Origin: Podarcis vaucheri
Taxonomy: Eukaryota
Length of the DNA: 64,000 nucleotides
Assembly (NCBI GenBank): GCA_965113315.1
Contig: OZ220367.1
Direction: 5' to 3' (one strand)
Shown one piece after another: positions 26,317 to 38,603 of the stretch. The notes beneath the pieces were generated by a model. It ran no database searches. It was not told the origin of the DNA and saw only the letters and a program-made list of their open reading frames with translations. Positions within the stretch are counted from its first letter, which is position 1. Each line of letters begins with the position of its first letter. The position numbers were made by a program, and so were the translations under genes.

Positions 26317-26372
26317 TTTCTTCCAAGCTAACAACTAATTTATACACTATGTCTTGCAACTGTCGATCCAGC
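26317..26372 (-). CDS. PCGF6: PCGF6 exon 4
   Basis: (R)LDRQLQDIVYKLVVSLEE; AG/GTAAGT. Confidence 0.95.
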
Positions 26373-26902
26373 CTGTGGAAGTAGAATAAAAAGATTAATT
26401 AAATTAGTGATTGAATATAGCTTGTGGTAGTGAACTGGTGAAGAAGAGCCACAGGAGAGGAACTAGAAGCTATTTTCAACGGCAATCTTAGATTTGCAGG
26501 TTTCCCTATCTTGGGAAAGATTTGAGGTTCAAGTCAACATATCTCAATTACAAAAGCAACTTTACAACCATCTTTGAAGCAATGCATTGGTGCACCAGAG
26601 GAGATAAGAAGTCTCAAACAATCCTTGCGTGGCAAAGTTTCAAGACCAGGGAGGCAAATCTTTTGGAAATGCAAAACTTTTGCTGGTAAACAATAGAAGG
26701 AATTAAGAATTGTGTGAGGTGCTAGACCTTTTATGAGACAGCAACGTTTCCCTCCAGTGCATATAGCAAGTTAGCAGTATTTTTCAAGTTCCAATAATTT
26801 ATTTTAGTCAAAAACAGAAATATCAGTGTTATCTGAAAACCACTGCTTCTTTTATACACACACACAAAATATAGATAAACAATTATAATTAAAATATATT
26901 AC

Positions 26903-26999
26903 CTGATATTATAAAGGGGTTGCGTCTGATGTACTACAATGTTGCATTTTGGGCATCTGTTACTGTAGTAAAAATGTCTTACTATGCAGCTTTTACAGA
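26903..26999 (-). CDS. PCGF6: PCGF6 exon 3 (RING finger end)
   Basis: (F)[31 protein letters not shown]; phases match neighbours. Confidence 0.96.
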
Positions 27000-27356
27000 C
27001 TGTAAAAGATAAATTTTGCAGTTACAGGCCTATAATGTAGTAGTACACAAGTTCCAAAGATAATACAGAATATATAGCATGTGTCACCTAAAATGCGGAG
27101 CAACTGAAGAAATAAAATGTGTGTGTGTGGAGGATAAAAACTTTGCATAAGTTTTTCAATCGATTTCTGCCCTACTTTTCGATACAAAATTTCAAAGGCT
27201 TACTAAAATCTTACTGAAAAAAGTTATTAAGAATAAGTCTTGAATAGCGGTATGCAATATGTATTTACTTGATATCAATCTCTCCCTTTTCATACCGAAG
27301 GATCCACAACATGTTTACATAAAATAATACAATTTTTATTAAGGCTGATTCTAGCT

Positions 27357-27492
27357 CAGGCATAGGCAAACTCAGCCCTCCAGATGTTTTGGGACTACAA
27401 TTCCCACCATCCCTGACCACTGATCCTGTTAGCTAGGGATGATGGGAGTTGTAGTCCCAAAACATCTGGAGGGCTGAGTTTGCCCATGCCTG
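27357..27492. mobile_element. Palindromic hAT-type MITE
   Basis: Long TIRs; perfect 8-bp TSD ttctagct; same family as 1373-1508. Confidence 0.9.
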
Positions 27493-28473
27493 TTCTAGCT
27501 GCTCCAACTCCCAATGCTACTCTGAGGTGGTATATAACCCTCCCCCTCAAATTACCGCAATTCTTCCCACTGTCTTTTATCCCTTCTTACTTTCCCAGCT
27601 GCTGCAAACGGAATAGTCTGTTGCCTGGCTGGGCACTCCTTATTCCTTTCACTGTCAAAATGCAGATCATCTCACAGTCCAAGAACCGAAAGGGAGGAGC
27701 CAGGTGCAGCAGCTGCACCTAAAGCAAGCAACTTTGAGGTAGAACATGTGTTTTCGTGCAGAAAGCCCTGGGTTCAATCTTTTGCATCAATAGTGTGTGT
27801 GTGTTTAGGATCAAATACCAGAGAGTGTGAAACACCTCTACCAGAACTTAGAAAGCTGCTGTCAGGCAGAGTAGATAAACAAATACTCTGCCCCGATTAA
27901 AGGCAACTTCCTAGGTTCCTAACCAGCAGGCAATATGAAGACTCTGGGCTGGACAAGTATGGAATAAATACAAGGAAAACTACTATTTCTTGGTCTGCAC
28001 AGCAGTAACATCTGTGTGCGGTACCTCAGGCTTCAGCTGTCACCCAGTGACTCTAGGGATTTTGGATTACAGAACCCACTCCAGATCTGCATCTGCATCT
28101 GGTCATCTACAGCCTAGCCATGACAATTAGGTTAAGGAGCAGCAGAAGCTGAGGTCATGGTAGCTATTTAAGTAGAAGAAAATGTGCTAAGATCTATTCA
28201 GGAAGCTGAATATGAAAGGCAAATAAAGGAATGATTCATTTTAATTTATTTCAGAAAATGATCATGGAGAATTTTGGGGTGGGGGTAGTATAATCCAAGA
28301 CATACTGTAGCTGGATTGTTTCGAATTTCCAGGACCCCTCTTAAAGGCATCCACCACCATGCAGTTACCACAATTAATACAACATTGTTTTACATTATCA
28401 CCAAAATGTACTTAGGCTTGATATTTCTGCATAGATAACATCAAAGCTTCTGTTGAGTAAGAAATTAATATTA

Positions 28474-28656
<183 letters not shown>

Positions 28657-28796
28657 TTATTGTTTGATTAAAGCACAGTATTAGAAGTGAAGTGGGGATT
28701 TTCCTGAACACGGTCTTTTTAATTTTGTTGTGAATTGCTTTGGGGACCATTTAAGTGAAAGCATATGTAAACATATAGAATAAATAAAATTAAGAG

Positions 28797-28975
28797 CTTA
28801 AGAAGAGCTTCCTGGAACAGGCCAATGGCTCATCTTGTCCAGTATCCTGTTATCACTGTGGCCAACCAGATGCTCATGGGAAACCTGCAAGCAGAACCTG
28901 AGCATCAGAACATTCTCCCTTCCTGCAGTTTCCAGCAACTGGTATTCAGAAACATTACTGTCTCTAGCCATGGGA
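28797..28975 (-). mobile_element. CR1 3' UTR fragment
   Basis: Reverse-complement similarity to 1700-1885. Confidence 0.55.
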
Positions 28976-29060
28976 GATAGTGAGGAATATTTCACTGGGG
29001 ACACACAAAAGATGTCACATTGTGAGAAAACACAGAGCAAGCAAAACGTATATAGGAAAG

Positions 29061-29245
29061 GGCCATAAACTCTGTGGTAGGCCATCTGCTTTGCATGCAG
29101 AAAATCACAGTTCAATCCTCGACATCTCTGGGTAGGGCTTTGGGAGACCATTGCTCAAAACTCTGAAGAGTTGCTGCCCGTCAGTGTACACAATATTGAG
29201 CTAAATGTACAATGCTCTGACTTGGTATAAGGAAGCTTCCTCTGT
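29061..29245 (+). mobile_element. tRNA-derived SINE (degenerate)
   Basis: A/B-box-like head (tgtggtag...ttgcatgcagaa...gttcaatcc); related degenerate copy at about 27735-27920. Confidence 0.5.
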
Positions 29246-29677
29246 TCCTGATCCCACCGTTTCCCAAGGAACTCACAGGGGAAGATTAGGTAAGAGGAAG
29301 AAGCCCAAGAGGTATCCAACGAAAGCTGAGCAAGGATCTAAATCTGAAATCCCTACCCAGCTCTCTCGCCACTGCACCACATTGGCTATATTTGGCACAA
29401 GGCATCATAGGAAGTGCTGTTTACATATTTATATCCCTATCCTTTCATCAATAAGTTCCAGGAAAAAGTGTATGTGTTGCCTGCTCCCACTTCCATCTTC
29501 ACAACGAGCCTGTGAGGTAGGCTAGGCTGATAGATGGTGATCGATCCAAGGCCAGCGGAGGGAGGATTTGAACCTGCTTCTTCTCCATCCTAGTCCGACG
29601 GAATCTCACCCCATGGTGTCTGCTTCACCCAAGGGTGCCCCTGTGCTCCCCCTTCAGCGCACTGCCTCTTGTTTTAC

Positions 29678-29971
29678 CTCATCCTCATCTTCGCCTTCCT
29701 CCAACCCAAAGCCCCCGAAGGGGTCCGTGGACCCCCCTCCTAGAGCTGCTGCTGCTGCTGCTTCTTCCTCCACCTCTTCTTCCTCTTCCTCCTCGTCCTC
29801 CATCTCTTCGTTGCTGGACTCTGAGCGGCTTCCCGCTTCGAAGCGGGAGTTTTCCCCGGAGCAGCCCGGGGCTTCCAGACCCGCTATCGCTTCTTCATCG
29901 TCGACGTCCTCCTGCTCTCCCTCAGCCAGCCCCTCACCGGCCGCCGCCTCCACCTCCACCTCTTCGCTCAT
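29678..29971 (-). CDS. PCGF6: Polycomb group RING finger 6, coding exon 1 (acidic N-terminus)
   Basis: ATG in GCGGCGATGA context; MSEEVEVEAAAG...EEEEEEE..AAAAAA..EDEDE; donor GAG|GTAAAA; CpG island. Confidence 0.85.
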
Positions 29972-31126
29972 CGCCGCGGCTTTGAGGGAAACAAATGCAC
30001 GGGCCGCTTCGACCGACAAGGAGCAACCGAGGAAGTGCCTGGGGGGCGGCGAGGGCGAACGCAGTTCACACCCAAAGGAACTATTCCTGTCCTTTCTTTC
30101 CTATCTCTATGATCCTTCCCTAAACGTGCTACAGATATAAAGCGCGTGCGCAAACCTCTATTGGCGCGCACGCTTCTAGGGCATCTGCCTCGTTCACATA
30201 CAACCCCTATGTACTCTGGGAAACTGAGTTTTTTCTCTCTCTCGCAACGGTGAGCCAGGACTCAAGGTGGTGTTTTACCTGTAAGCCGCCTTGAGTTCCA
30301 GTTACGGGAAAAGGCGGGGTACAAATAAATATATAACAACGACATCAATACAGCAGCACTTGGTCTTAAAACTGAAATTCGATTCCTGTTATAAAATACA
30401 TAAAGTGGTTTTCATAAACTTAACGCTGGCTACTGCTTAATAGCAGTTTTGATTAGACAATTGAAATGGGTGCATAGTGAAATCATTCTGATGCCAGTGT
30501 TGGTGAAAGGGTCAGTATTTAGTGCTTGTACAACATCATTATTATTACATATTTGACTTTTTGGTCACTCACTACGAAAAATCTAAGCAATTTACAGAAG
30601 GGGATTATATAATATCCCGAGGTTCAGCTAAATAAATAAAAAATAGCCAACACGATGTTTAGAATTGGCTTTTAAGTGTGCGAGGGTGCAGAAGACAGAA
30701 ATACACCACCATTCGAGTTTCACAGAACTCTCTTAAAGACATCTCAGAATCCTGCTTACTGATGAGTTCACTGACAACTTAAAATGTGGTATACGATACA
30801 CTTTTCACCTGTTATATTTGTCATAGGATATATACAACTGGAGAATCGACCCCTCTGTGCAAGCCGCACCCATAATCTCTCACTTCACAAACTTGTAAAC
30901 GTTCGCAGAATCATCGGGAGCATTTACTTGCGCTAGTTAGTTCTCCTTTTATTTTACAGTACAGTATTCTATTTGAAATCATTTCCCTCCAGTGGAACAG
31001 GAAGTGCCGTAAAGCGCCGCCCTAATTGTCGCTAGCAGCCCTTGGCCTCACGGCTTGGAGACCGTGCCCTCACTGTCGCAAAGCCGCGGGCTGCCTGAGT
31101 TGGAGGCGAGGCTGTCGGGTTCCATT
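29972..31126. promoter_or_regulatory. Divergent PCGF6/TAF5 promoter region
   Basis: Head-to-head start codons about 1.15 kb apart; CpG-rich at both ends; NRF1 GCGCGTGCGCA 30142-30152, overlapping ATTGG and E2F-like TTGGCGCG 30160-30168, ETS CAGGAAGTG 30998-31006. Confidence 0.75.
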
Positions 31127-31703
31127 ATGGCGGCTCTGCCGGAGGAGCCGGCCGAAGCAGTCACAGTGAAGCCGGACCCCGACGCGGGAGCGCCGCCGGC
31201 GCCACCCCCTCCTCCTCCCGCTCTCCCTCAGTCGCCGGCAGCAGCAGCGGGAGCGACGGCGGTAGCGGGAGTCGCTGCCGCTCCCTCTGCCCCCTCGGCC
31301 ACCGCTCCTCTAGCGGAAGGGGGCGAGCCGTTGGCAGCAGGAGCCGACGCGAAGCCGCCGGTGGCGCCCAGCCCTGCGCCGCCCGCTTCGCAGCTGCCCA
31401 CCGACCGGCAGACGCTGCTGGCTGTGCTGCAGTTCCTGAGGCGCAGCAACCTCCGCGAGTCCGAGGAGATCCTCCGCAGGGAGGCCCGGCTGCTCGCCGA
31501 CGAGGTCGCGGCGGATCCCGGCTCCTCGGCGCCCGGAGTCCAGGCGTCCCATGGCGGGGAAGGGCAGGAGCCCGGCGGCGGCGGCGCCCCCGGCTCTGGG
31601 GATGTGCTGCTCAGCTCGGTCACCTTTGGCCAGAGCGGGGCCACCATCTCTCCGGGCGCTGCCGCGGCGCCTCCCGCAGTGGCCTTGGGGCCACCTGGGA
31701 AAG
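31127..31703 (+). CDS. TAF5: TFIID subunit 5, exon 1 (Ala/Pro-rich region, LisH motif)
   Basis: MAALPEEPAEAVTVKP...DRQTLLAVLQFLRRSNLRESEEILRREA; AAG|GTGAGC donor. Confidence 0.93.
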
Positions 31704-32020
31704 GTGAGCGAGGGGGTCGCTCGCAGGAGGGACCTTTCATATTTGCACTGGCTGCTTTGTGACAGCTGAGGTCAAAATCCGGTTTTTAAATTCGTATGCT
31801 GTTCTACGTTGTGGTCACCTAGTGCTATTGCACAGGATTCGTTCTGCGAATGGTAATGACCAATTTATCTGTTTAGGGAAACTTTTAATGTTTGACAGAC
31901 TATTGTATTTTAATATTTTGTTGGAAGCCGTTCATAGGGGCTGGGGAAACCCATCCAGATGGGCAGGGTATAAATAATTTTATTATTATTATTATCTTGG
32001 AGTACATATTACTGTGCGGG

Positions 32021-32106
32021 AGGCAGCGGAAGACAGGAGTGCCTGGCGTTCTCTGGTCCATGGGGTCATGAAGAGTCAGACACAACTAAACAACTAAACA
32101 ACAACG
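32021..32106 (+). mobile_element. RTE/BovB-type 3' end
   Basis: gtccatggggtcatgaagagtcagacacaactaaacaactaaacaacaac tail. Confidence 0.65.
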
Positions 32107-32790
32107 ACGTATTACTGTATACGTTAACATTTGTTTTTGTTAATCGGCTTGCTCTTTTGGGGCACACCTATAAAGCTGTTGTTTATATTTTTATTCTCCC
32201 AAGCAATCAAAGTTAAAGTATACAATAAAACTAGATTTAAAACCACACATAATACAGAAGGAATACAAAGTGTAGGCTACAGCTTCAGTTTCAAAATAAC
32301 TAGGTGAGAGACTTACTTATCACCTTTTATAACTACATTTTGGGAAGTAGTATAATAGGAGGAATCGACACCACTAACAGAATATTCTGTAGAGCAGAAC
32401 TCCCATCAGCCTTAACTAGCATGACCAATGGCATGGGATGATAGGAGTTGTAGGTAAGGGGCTATACTGACTGCATAACCTGCTTATGAATGATATTTGA
32501 TCCTGGATTGTAATAGTACAATTGAGCTTAGGGTATGATTGAATGATGTCATTTTTTCATGTAAACATTTAGTTGAAAAGAAATTTGTTGCAGCATGTTT
32601 CTTAGTCATTTGCTCCGTGTCATTACTTACTAAAAGTGATAAAAATAGCACTGTTGCTGTACATGAAAATTTATGCAGCAGTATAGAGGGGAAAGAGGTT
32701 ATTGTCTCAAGAAGCTTACACAGTTTAGAACTGAAATAGTTACACAGAGTGCAAACATTGATTTACCCTTTATATGTTAATGCCTAGCAG

Positions 32791-33025
32791 TTGGAGTCTT
32801 TGTGGAAGATCAGCCAGATGTAAGTGCAGTACTGTCTGCCTACAATCAGCAAGGAGACCCAGCGCTTTATGAAGAGTACTACAGTGGACTGAAACACTTC
32901 ATTGAATGTGCTCTGGACTGTCATCGAGCTGAGTTATCGCAGCTTTTTTATCCTCTCTTTGTACATATGTACTTGGAGCTAGTCTACAATGGGCATGAAA
33001 ATGAAGCAAAGTCCTTCTTTGAAAA
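32791..33025 (+). CDS. TAF5: TAF5 exon 2 (NTD2); tandem acceptor allows a start at 32788
   Basis: VEDQPDVSAVLSAYNQQGDP...ELSQLFYPLFVHMYLELVYN. Confidence 0.95.
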
Positions 33026-34349
33026 GTAATACCATTTTGTTCATTTAGTCTCCATTTTCATGTTCTCACAATTAGCTAGATAAATCTATAAATTTGTTGG
33101 TTGCAGATGTTCTGAGTTAAAGTGTGTGAACTGGAAGTAGCGCCTGTAACATTTACGCTAAGGCAGGCATCCAGAGGAGGAACAAAATAATCCCGAGATG
33201 CTGAAAGATTTTTAAGCCCCTCTCCTAGCAGTTAGGTCTTTCCTGCAAGTGTGGGCTACTGGATGCCTGCAACCACAAAACATATGCAATATTTTAGGAG
33301 GATATTTATAGATGCCGTATAACATGACTTAAGACATTCCCAGTTATTACATAGATTATTGCATTCGAATGACTAATTATTATTCTAATGAGGCAGCTTT
33401 TGTTTATGTGTGTGCTAATTTGTTTAATTATGAGGTTAAATGCCAGTTCTAGTGATGTCTGTAAAGTTCTGAAACTTCTAGGCCTGAACCATTTGATAAC
33501 ATTGCTCATTTCAATGACTTAAGGGAGTTGAACCAATGAAATACTCTGCATTGTCTCCTGTTATGGGCAGCAAGCGAATACATACATGGCCTGTTCAGAG
33601 GAAAATTACCTGTGCCCAAGGCTGGAAAATCCTAGGTATTTGGTACTTGAATTCCTAAACATTTATGTGGTTACTTAGGAATCTGAAATGTTTTTTCCAG
33701 CCTTGTCCATTCTGGTTTTATGGGCTAATACAAAAAGCTGCTGCTTATAAAAGCTAGCTATTTCTCACAACACCTGTGTTTCTGTGCTTTAGAATTGTGG
33801 CTTTCTTCTGGTATAATGAACTATGTAGTAACGTTTTACCTTGAAAGTCAAGTAGTTTATTAAATTACTGCTATTTCAAGATGTTCTGCTAGATTGACTG
33901 CACCAGCAATTGATAGAGAAAGATCTGGGACATTAAGGGTGACGTAGAAAGATTTCCGCTTCGTTGTGCAACAGGACTTAGTTTTTCTTCTCCTCAGCCT
34001 CCAGAGCAGATTTTGGAGTGAGTGGGGGGAGACAGGCAGATGTAGACGAGGAAGAAGCTCTGTTGTGCAAATGGACACCCACTTGCACTATGGTGGATCT
34101 CACCCTTAGATAATGAAAGAAATTACAAGATAAAAGCAGTTATGGGAGTGAAAAATTCAATTGAAATGAATTTTTTAACATAACTATTGATAAAACATAA
34201 TTTTAGACACAGTAAATATAAGATGGTGATAGTACATAGATGTCACATGTGAATATAGAAAAATAAAAAATGCTTAAGATCACAGAACTTAAGTTGTTTA
34301 GACAGTTGTCCCCCTACATATCTTTTGTGTGATTCTAACCTTTTTCTAG

Positions 34350-34665
34350 GTTTCATGGGGATCAGGAGTGTTATTATCAAGATGACTTGCGTGTACTATC
34401 AAGTTTAACCAAAAAAGAGCACATGAGAGGGAATGAGACAATGCTGGATTTTCGAACGAGCAAGTTTGTGCTGCGAATTTCCCGTGATTCTTATCAGTTA
34501 TTGAAGAGACACCTTCAGGAAAAACAGAACAATCAGATCTGGAATATTGTTCAGGAACATCTTTACATTGATATCTTTGATGGAATGCCTCGCAGTAAAC
34601 AACAGATTGATGCTATGGTGGGAAGTTTGGCAGGAGAGGCAAAACGGGAGGCTAATAAAGCAAAG
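34350..34665 (+). CDS. TAF5: TAF5 exon 3
   Basis: FHGDQECYYQDDLRVLSS...EAKREANKAK. Confidence 0.96.
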
Positions 34666-35336
34666 GTATGAGGTTGATAAATACGTAACATCATGAACAT
34701 TTTGTCAGGGATGTATAGGTTGCCAGTTCTATGAGAGTTCTTGGCTTCTTTAGATCTGCAGTTGGTTTAACAGTGTATACTTCTGGGTAAGGAAGAATTA
34801 GCTAAGCACTCTTACTTATCATTACTCCTGACTGCAGCTCCTTGTGCTAAACTGGATGTTGTTCTGGACAGATCTCCAATTTTCCAGAGCAGTTTAAATT
34901 TATGTGCCCCTTACTTGCCAAAATGGCAAGTATCTCTCTGACCATTGTCTTGGCATTAGGGATGACTTACATCGGATGTTTTCATATGTCCTGCCTTTGT
35001 TCAATATATGATACAGAAAGGCTAAGGAGTTACATTTGTCACTGACATCTGTGACAGATTAGTGGTCCAGTTTACATGTCATTTTAAAGCACAGTTAAAA
35101 CTTAACTGTTGTTCCCACCCCCAAATAATTGAAAATTGCCAAGAATTTTGGTGGACCACTCTTTGTAGAGATGTATGTCTTAAATGAAAGCTGTTGTGGT
35201 CCACAGAGAAACATTCATATTTTTAAAAGTAATTACATTGATGTAATAAAATTTATTATTCTGCTCTACCAGTTCTCTGTTTCATTAAACTTTTCTTTTT
35301 AAAATTACATTATTCTTTTCTTCTTTTAACTTGTAG

Positions 35337-35500
35337 GTCTTTTTTGGCTTACTAAAAGAACCAGAAATTGAGTTGCCTTTGGATGATGAGGATGAAGAGG
35401 GGGAAAATGAGGAGGGCAAGCCAAAGAAGAAGAAGCCAAAAAAAGACAGCATGGGATCAAAAAGTAAAAAGCAAGATCCAAATGCTCCTCCACAGACTAG
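35337..35500 (+). CDS. TAF5: TAF5 exon 4
   Basis: VFFGLLKEPEIELPLDDEDEEGENEEGKPKKKKPKK...NAPPQT. Confidence 0.96.
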
Positions 35501-35853
35501 GTAATGCTGAAAGTAGAAACATCTCAATTCATTTTCCATCTTGCTTTTTTAGTCTGTGCCAGTTCAGACTGAAGTGGGCAGCTGACATTCCTGAATAGAA
35601 AATTAGATATCGTAGAAAAGGTCTTTACCCCAGTCTTTTACCTGACATCTAGCTTTGTGTGTGGAAGGTTGGCTTTTTTTCTCTTCTGCATGGAGGAGCA
35701 TTCAATCATGTGAGCCCTCATGCACTCTAATGTGATACAGAGCAAAGGAAAGTTTACCATCTAGGAACTAGACTATAGTCAATATTTTGATACACATTTT
35801 CTCAGTTAATTTGATTCTTATAAAATGTTTTGGAGGTTCTCTTTCTATTAGGA

Positions 35854-36105
35854 CAGAGGTCAGCAAACTTTTTCAGCAGGGGGCCAGTCCACTGTCCCTT
35901 ATACCGTGTGGGGGGTCGGACTATATTTTTTTTGGGGGGGGATGAACAAATTCCTATGCCCCACAAATAACCCAGAGATGCATTTTAAATAAAAGCACAC
36001 ATTCTACTCATGTAAAAACACGCTGATTCCCAGACTGTCCGTGGGCCAGATTTAGAAGGCGATTGGGCCGAGTCCAGCCCCTGGGCCTTAGTTTGCCTAC
36101 CCATG
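35854..36105. mobile_element. hAT non-autonomous transposon
   Basis: Imperfect TIRs cagaggtcagcaaact / agtttgcctacccatg; perfect 8-bp TSD tattagga. Confidence 0.85.
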
Positions 36106-36419
36106 TATTAGGAGATGCATTGCACTGATGTCAAAAGCTTGTAATTTGAAGGAAAACCTTCCTCTATGAATATGGAGGTGTTCGTAAAAGTAACTTCCCT
36201 TATATTGTAAAAGAATTGGTAGAGTTATGATTTTCCTAATTTTGTCATCTTTTAGTTAATATTACCCAAGGAGCTTGCTCTCCGGGTTCTTTCCCCCCTA
36301 GACATTCAAAAGTTGAGTTCTTTTTCGGCCTCTGTTCAGTCAGTGTGCAGGTGTGATTTCCTGACATCAATGAATCTTTTGTTTCGTTTTTGGTTTTAAG
36401 TATGTTCTTCTGTATGCAG

Positions 36420-36555
36420 AATCCCGCTTCCTGAGCTAAAGGATTCGGATAAGTTGGACAAAATAATGAATATGAAAGAAGCCACTAAACGTGTACGTCT
36501 TGGTCCAGACTGCCTGCCTTCCATTTGTTTCTACACATTCCTTAATGCATACCAG
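36420..36555 (+). CDS. TAF5: TAF5 exon 5
   Basis: IPLPELKDSDKLDKIMNMKEATKRVRLGPDCLPSICFYTFLNAYQ. Confidence 0.96.
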
Positions 36556-37579
36556 GTCAGTTGTGGGATTGGTAGTGATACCAAAGTATGACATTAGGCA
36601 GAGGGCAACAGGGGAGGCCTGGTAGGCTTAATTCTCCACTCCTTGTCTATAGCAGTGGCTCCCTAGTTTCAGACCGTTCTCTCCCTGCCCTACTTGCAAC
36701 ATCTGTTGAGGGTTAAACTTGGCATGCAAAACATATGCTGTATAATCCAGCCCTTCCCAGATACCTGTTCTATCAAATCTTGGGCACAGTTTAAAAAATG
36801 GATTGTGCCCAGACTTTGCATGAGTGGGACGCTGCTTGCACAGTGCGGTTTTTCATCCTATCTCCTCTGGCCCTCAGGACAGCTGTGGAACAAAGTGTTG
36901 TGGATGGGCTGCAATGGGAGATGGAAGCATAAGAAATTGGACAGAAACAACTTGCCTAATGCAGAGCCGGAAGGCCACTCGTTGTAGTCAGGATACAACA
37001 CATAGTTAATACCAAAAATGTGGAAGTGCCTTGTGCAGGCTGCTTAAATAATAGGGGCCTGCAAATCTTTTACTTTTAATTATGGCTTTTGGTTGCCCCA
37101 CATGAAGCAAGAGTCCTTCCTTTCTCTGCTTTTCACTTATTGAACAAAACATGGGCAGGGAGAATTTGTCTTACTTCAGGTTGGGAGGCAGAGATGGACA
37201 GCAAGGGAGTCTCACTATTTTGAGTGTCTCCAAATCCTGGTGTAAAGTGGAAAATTAACCTCTTCCCCTTCTCTCAAGTCCTCTGCATTTGCCAGAGGAC
37301 TCAGGAGGGTTGGGTAAATGGCAACTACAAAAAATCAGTGCCAGCCAAAAGGTGGATCCTTTCTTTAAAAACAAAAAACTTCTGCCCAGGTTTAGCAACT
37401 TTTGCTTTAAATTTTTTTTTAATGGCTATACAATATAGTTAGCTTTGTAATATGGTAATTATCACCTCTGTCTTCAAAACTAATGGTAGATGGCCAATTC
37501 CCCGGGAACAACACTGTGTGGTGATTACATTCTCAGCCCACATATAAAACTTCTTCAATGGTGATTTTTGCTTGAACAG

Positions 37580-37700
37580 GGCCTTACAGCAGTGGACATT
37601 ACAGATGACTCTAGCATGATCGTTGGAGGCTTTGCTGACTCCACTGTCAGAGTGTGGTCTGTGACACCCAAAAAGCTACGCAGTGTGAAATCAGCAGCAG
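37580..37700 (+). CDS. TAF5: TAF5 exon 6 (WD40)
   Basis: GLTAVDITDDSSMIVGGFADSTVRVWSVTPKKLRSVKSAA. Confidence 0.96.
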
Positions 37701-38473
37701 GTAATCGGAATGAACTCTTTCCTAATTTACACACTAACTGTTCTGATAGAGGATCACATGGAGGAAGGTTGCTCAGTTTAAATTCTTCCATTGGAATAGC
37801 AATCCTGAGCTAATGAAATGAAATTATTTTGACTTAATGCATCACAGCTTTAGCATTCATATTTATTTAACTGCTGACAATAGAACCTACCCAAATTAAT
37901 ACAAATTGTTTTTGCATATAACTACTGACATCAGAAAAAAAAACTATACATAAGGATGAATACTCTATTTAGGGAAGATGTTGTGATACATTGGAAATGA
38001 GACAATATTTACTTTGTGTTATTCTACTTCCTTATTGTAGAGTACTGTGTTTTTGCTAAAGAAGATATGCTAATGCAGAGATTTTAAAAATCAAATGGTT
38101 CCAGGAATGGAGCAGAAAATACATTTGAAAGTGTTCAGGCTTGTCGGCCTAGCAAAATGGTTGCCAGTGGTACTCTGGTATAAGCATCACAGATTTCAAA
38201 TTTCAGTGAAGGCCTTTCCCAACCAGATGCCCATCAGATATTTGGGACTGCAGCTTGCTTCAGGCATAGCCAGCACATCTCTGTTGGCTGGAGCTGATGG
38301 AAGTTATAGACAAACACATTTTGAGGGCATCATGGTCTATATCATTGAAATTGACAGAAAATCATGATTTAGGCCATGTTGGTATTCTGATACAATCAAA
38401 AAGGCATTTGCACTTTGGCAAGCACTACTAGTGATCTACATGAAGATAAACTTTAGGGTTTTTTTCTTTTCAG

Positions 38474-38603
38474 ATCTCAGTCTCATAGATAAAGAATCAG
38501 ATGATGTTTTAGAAAGGATCATGGATGAGAGAACAGCAAGTGAGTTGAAGATTTTATATGGTCACAGTGGACCTGTCTATGGTACCAGCTTCAGTCCTGA
38601 TAG
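38474..38603 (+). CDS. TAF5: TAF5 exon 7
   Basis: DLSLIDKESDDVLERIMDERTASELKILYGHSGPVYGTSFSPD. Confidence 0.96.

Noticed and set aside
29568-30140. 190-aa Ser-rich plus-strand ORF
   Set aside because: Antisense shadow of the GC-rich, low-complexity PCGF6 exon 1
31055-31126. TTG-initiated 24-codon extension of TAF5
   Set aside because: The ATG at 31127 matches the known MAAL start; an open upstream frame is expected in GC-rich DNA
31228-31740. 170-aa minus-strand ORF
   Set aside because: Antisense shadow of GC-rich TAF5 exon 1
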